DNA from: Thalassobaculaceae bacterium
GTDB lineage: Bacteria > Pseudomonadota > Alphaproteobacteria > Thalassobaculales > Thalassobaculaceae
Direction: 5' to 3'
NCBI GenBank assembly: GCA_965228875.1
Contig: OZ245843.1
Location: 4,322,616-4,386,615 of the forward strand
Length of the DNA: 64,000 bases
In this document: piece by piece, positions 62,873-64,000 of the stretch
Position numbering within the stretch: the stretch's first letter is position 1
How the letters are laid out: every line of letters begins with the position of its first letter
Made by a program: the position numbers and the translations under genes
The notes under the pieces: model-generated
What the model was told of the DNA's origin: nothing
Seen by the model: the letters and a program-made list of their open reading frames with translations, nothing else
The model's database searches: none

Positions 62873-63946
62873 CTACCCGCCCCAGGTGCGCTCCAGTACC
62901 CGCGCCCAGTTGCCCCAGCACAGCTTTTCCATCAGCGCGTCGTCGATGCCGTGGTCGCGCATCGCCTGGCGCAGGGTTGGCAGGCCGGCGACGTCGCCGA
63001 TGTCGCCGGGGATGGTGGCGCCGTCGAAATCGGAGCCGAAGCCGACCCGGTCCTCGCCGGCATGCTCGATCAGGTGGTCGAGATGGCGCATCATCACGTC
63101 GAGCCCGGTCTGGGCGTTCATCTGACCGTCCGAGCGCAGGAAGCAGGTCGCGAAGTTGATGCCGACCATGCCGTCGCTCTCGCGGATCGCGGCGAGCTGT
63201 CTGTCCGTGAGGTTGCGGGTGCTGGCGCTGAGCGCGTGGGCGTTGGAGTGGGTGGCGACCAGCGGCGCGTCGCTGATCTCCGCGACGTCCCAGAACCCGG
63301 CCTCGTTCAGGTGCGACAGGTCGATCATCACGCCCATGTCGTTGCAGCGCCTGACCAGTTCCCTGCCGAGGTCGGTCAGGCCGGGCCCGGTGTCGGGCGA
63401 GCCCGGGAATTTGAAGGGCACGCCGTGCGCGAACGCGGTCGGGCGGCTCCAGACCGGGCCGATGGAGCGCAGGCCGGCCTGATACAGCAGCTCCAGCGAG
63501 CGGAACTCGGGGTCGATGACCTCGGCCCCCTCGATATGCAGGACGGCGGCGACCGACCCGCGTGCGATGGCGTCGCGGATGTCGGCGGCGGTTCGGCAGA
63601 CGGTGAACGCACCTTCGCTCTCCTTCTCGATGCGGAACAGCAGCCCCATCATCTCCAGCGCGATCGGCTGGGCGTAGCCGATGTCGAGTTCCTTCGGCAG
63701 CGGCAGGTCGTAGCTTTCGCCCTGCATGGCGTCGGACAGACCGCCGATGCTCTCGCCGGCCGGCGACGGCACAAAGACGGCGAAGAACCCGCCACCGAAC
63801 CCGCCCTTCAACATCCGGGGCAGGTCGAGATGCCCCTTGCCGTCGCCCTCGACGAACTGCGTCGCGGCGTCGGCCTTGTGCTTCTTGTACAGCCGCAGCA
63901 GGACGTCGTTATGACCGTCGAAGATGGGAGGAGTGAGGGAGGTCAT
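62873..63946 (-). CDS. Membrane dipeptidase family (peptidase M19)
   Basis: DGHND, HIEG, DLSH, THSN, GSDFDG. Confidence 0.9.
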   Translation of the reverse strand: MTSLTPPIFDGHNDVLLRLYKKHKADAATQFVEGDGKGHLDLPRMLKGGFGGGFFAVFVPSPAGESIGGLSDAMQGESYDLPLPKELDIGYAQPIALEMMGLLFRIEKESEGAFTVCRTAADIRDAIARGSVAAVLHIEGAEVIDPEFRSLELLYQAGLRSIGPVWSRPTAFAHGVPFKFPGSPDTGPGLTDLGRELVRRCNDMGVMIDLSHLNEAGFWDVAEISDAPLVATHSNAHALSASTRNLTDRQLAAIRESDGMVGINFATCFLRSDGQMNAQTGLDVMMRHLDHLIEHAGEDRVGFGSDFDGATIPGDIGDVAGLPTLRQAMRDHGIDDALMEKLCWGNWARVLERTWGG

Positions 63947-64000
63947 GACGCGCCGCCTGAGCCGGTGAAGGATGGTCGAGCCTAGCAGCAGGCGGGCGGC

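Overview
A 64-kb window from a high-GC alphaproteobacterial chromosome (Rhodospirillales-like, inferred from gene content, PleC/DivJ-type kinases and CtrA boxes). Most of it is housekeeping, metabolic or signalling DNA: truA (partial), ada, dapF, mtaB, ftsY, greB, cobB, thpR, a DAHP synthase, a tesA/ABC cluster, argG, four sensor kinases, an RTX/Ig-like surface protein, tRNA-Ser(GGA) and tRNA-Ala(CGC). The most unusual feature is a ~7-kb element (39189-46238) integrated in the 3' end of tRNA-Ala(CGC). Besides the expected 56-bp att direct repeats, it carries a third, inverted and complete attP-like junction in its middle (40837-41444). The predicted excised circle (6994 bp) would consist of two 608-bp inverted repeats, each containing a recombinase core, separating unique regions of 1542 and 4236 bp. 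That layout resembles the yeast 2-micron plasmid. The element encodes an Rci/HP1-type tyrosine recombinase, a primase-helicase-like protein and a DUF5343 + Swt1-like HEPN candidate defence pair. The second highlight is a 26-aa Phe/Trp/Tyr-rich leader peptide, absent from the ORF track, with terminator/antiterminator pairing upstream of the DAHP synthase. All family assignments are from motifs recognised by eye; no searches were run.
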